DNA of 64,000 bases from a bacterium (GTDB lineage Bacteria; UBA8248), in contig OZ241996.1 of the NCBI GenBank assembly GCA_965204535.1, positions 1,088,001-1,152,000 of the forward strand. Direction: 5' to 3'. The notes beneath the pieces are model-generated. The model was given only the letters and a program-made list of their open reading frames with translations, was not told the DNA's origin and ran no database searches. Every line of letters begins with the position of its first letter. Position 1 is the stretch's first letter. Positions 63,061-64,000 of the stretch are shown here, piece by piece. The translations under genes were made by a program, and so were the position numbers.

Positions 63061-63089
63061 TTTATAGGGAAGATGCTCGCGTCTGTCAA
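63061..63089 (-). promoter_or_regulatory. near-consensus sigma70 promoter of the helicase gene
   Basis: TTGACA-N17-TATAAA. Confidence 0.65.
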
Positions 63090-63130
63090 GCGCAGTATGC
63101 GAGGACTTGCAGTTGGAGGGGAGCCTGTTC

Positions 63131-64000
63131 ATGACGCAAAAAGGGGTCGTATTGTGGCATCAGGAGACCATCGACGCGCGCGACGTGCCGCGCTTCGCCC
63201 GGTGGTGCGAGGATTCGGGAATCGATTCGCTCTGGTTTCCCGAAACCTGGGTGCGCGACGGCGGTATCCTCATCGCCATGGCGGCGCAGGCGGTGGACAG
63301 CATCAATCTGGGGGCCGCGGTGTTCAACATCTACGGCAGAACGCCCGGCCTCATGGCACAGACGGCGGCGGAACTCGACGTGCTGAGCAACGGCCGCTTC
63401 CACTTGGGAATCGGCTCGAGCGGACAAGCGGTGATCGAGAACTGGCACGGGATGCCCTTCGGCAGTCCGCTCAAGCGCTCGCGTGAGATGGTCGCAGCCC
63501 TGCGTCAGGCGTTTCGCGGCGAGCGCGTGGAATTGGATGGTGAAATCTACCGGCTGAGCGGCTTCAAGCTGCGCCGCAAGCCGGTGCAGGAGCGCCTGCC
63601 CATCTACCTGGGGTCGAACGGCCCGAACTACACGAGGCTGACCGGAGAGATCGCAGACGGCTGGATTCCTTTCTGTATCCCGTTTTCGAGAACAAGGGAT
63701 GCCCTTAAATTCCTCGAAGAAGGCGCCGAATCGGCGGGCAGGGCGGTCTCGGAGATCGATGTGGCGCCCTTCGTCTACACGGTGCCGTTTGACGATCTCG
63801 AGCGAGCGCGTGCCCTCGTGAAGCCCGAACTCGGGTTTTACATCGGCGCGATGGGCGATTACTACCAGGCGCAACTCACGCGCTGGGGCTACGGGGAGGA
63901 TGCTCAAAAAATCCGGGCGGCTTGGAGGAAGGGCGGCCGGAAAGCAGTGGGAGAGGCGCTCTCGGATGAACTGGTGGATGACCTCGCCATCTGCGGTCCC
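63131..64000 (+). CDS. LLM-class flavin/F420-dependent oxidoreductase (runs off the window end)
   Basis: Manual translation MTQKGVV...SLWFPETW...RTPGLMAQTAAELDVLSNGRFHLGIGSSG...IENWHG; GGAGGGG RBS; absent from the ORF track because it has no stop in the window. Confidence 0.88.
   Translation, partial: MTQKGVVLWHQETIDARDVPRFARWCEDSGIDSLWFPETWVRDGGILIAMAAQAVDSINLGAAVFNIYGRTPGLMAQTAAELDVLSNGRFHLGIGSSGQAVIENWHGMPFGSPLKRSREMVAALRQAFRGERVELDGEIYRLSGFKLRRKPVQERLPIYLGSNGPNYTRLTGEIADGWIPFCIPFSRTRDALKFLEEGAESAGRAVSEIDVAPFVYTVPFDDLERARALVKPELGFYIGAMGDYYQAQLTRWGYGEDAQKIRAAWRKGGRKAVGEALSDELVDDLAICGP

Overview
Bacterial chromosomal window from a diderm. The gene order (split F0 atpZIBE next to rex and tsaB; ilvB-ilvN-psd-pssA; argH-lptM-lysA-dapF; dapL-folK-panC) suggests a Nitrospinota/Desulfobacterota-like lineage, which is an inference. 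Positions 1-23.3 kb are a minus-strand core block: purB/C/S/Q/L/F, gmhA, uxs/ugd, lptD, pssA/psd, a nested double AHAS operon ilvB-ilvB-ilvN-ilvN, tsaB, rex and atpZIBE. Positions 23.9-32 kb are an accessory-looking block: katG, an ABC binding protein plus permease without an ATPase, a dehydrogenase and an MFS transporter. Positions 32-53 kb carry Arg/Lys/folate/pantothenate genes interrupted by an ECF sigma/anti-sigma/2x Spy-like module and by a membrane-tethered 7Fe-ferredoxin fusion, followed by two giant secreted TPR proteins with ExbB/ExbD/TonB-like genes. Positions 53-64 kb hold a Zn-ADH, an amidohydrolase, larE-larB-larC followed by a MoaD/ThiS-like protein, hisC, hup, a DEAD-box helicase and a truncated LLM oxidoreductase. 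Intergenic regions contain dense mixtures of REP/REPIN-type palindromes and IS-like terminal inverted repeats. Best leads: (1) a 1.5-kb transposase-less element with TIRs and a 5-bp target duplication carrying an amidohydrolase; (2) a ubiquitin-like sulfur carrier directly behind a 3-Cys larEBC operon; (3) a ferredoxin on an Ala/Pro swinging arm fused to a TM helix and an unknown domain; (4) a TPR-TPR-ExbBD-TonB complex with no receptor nearby. No rRNA, tRNA or CRISPR array was seen. All calls are by-eye motif recognition; no database searches were run.
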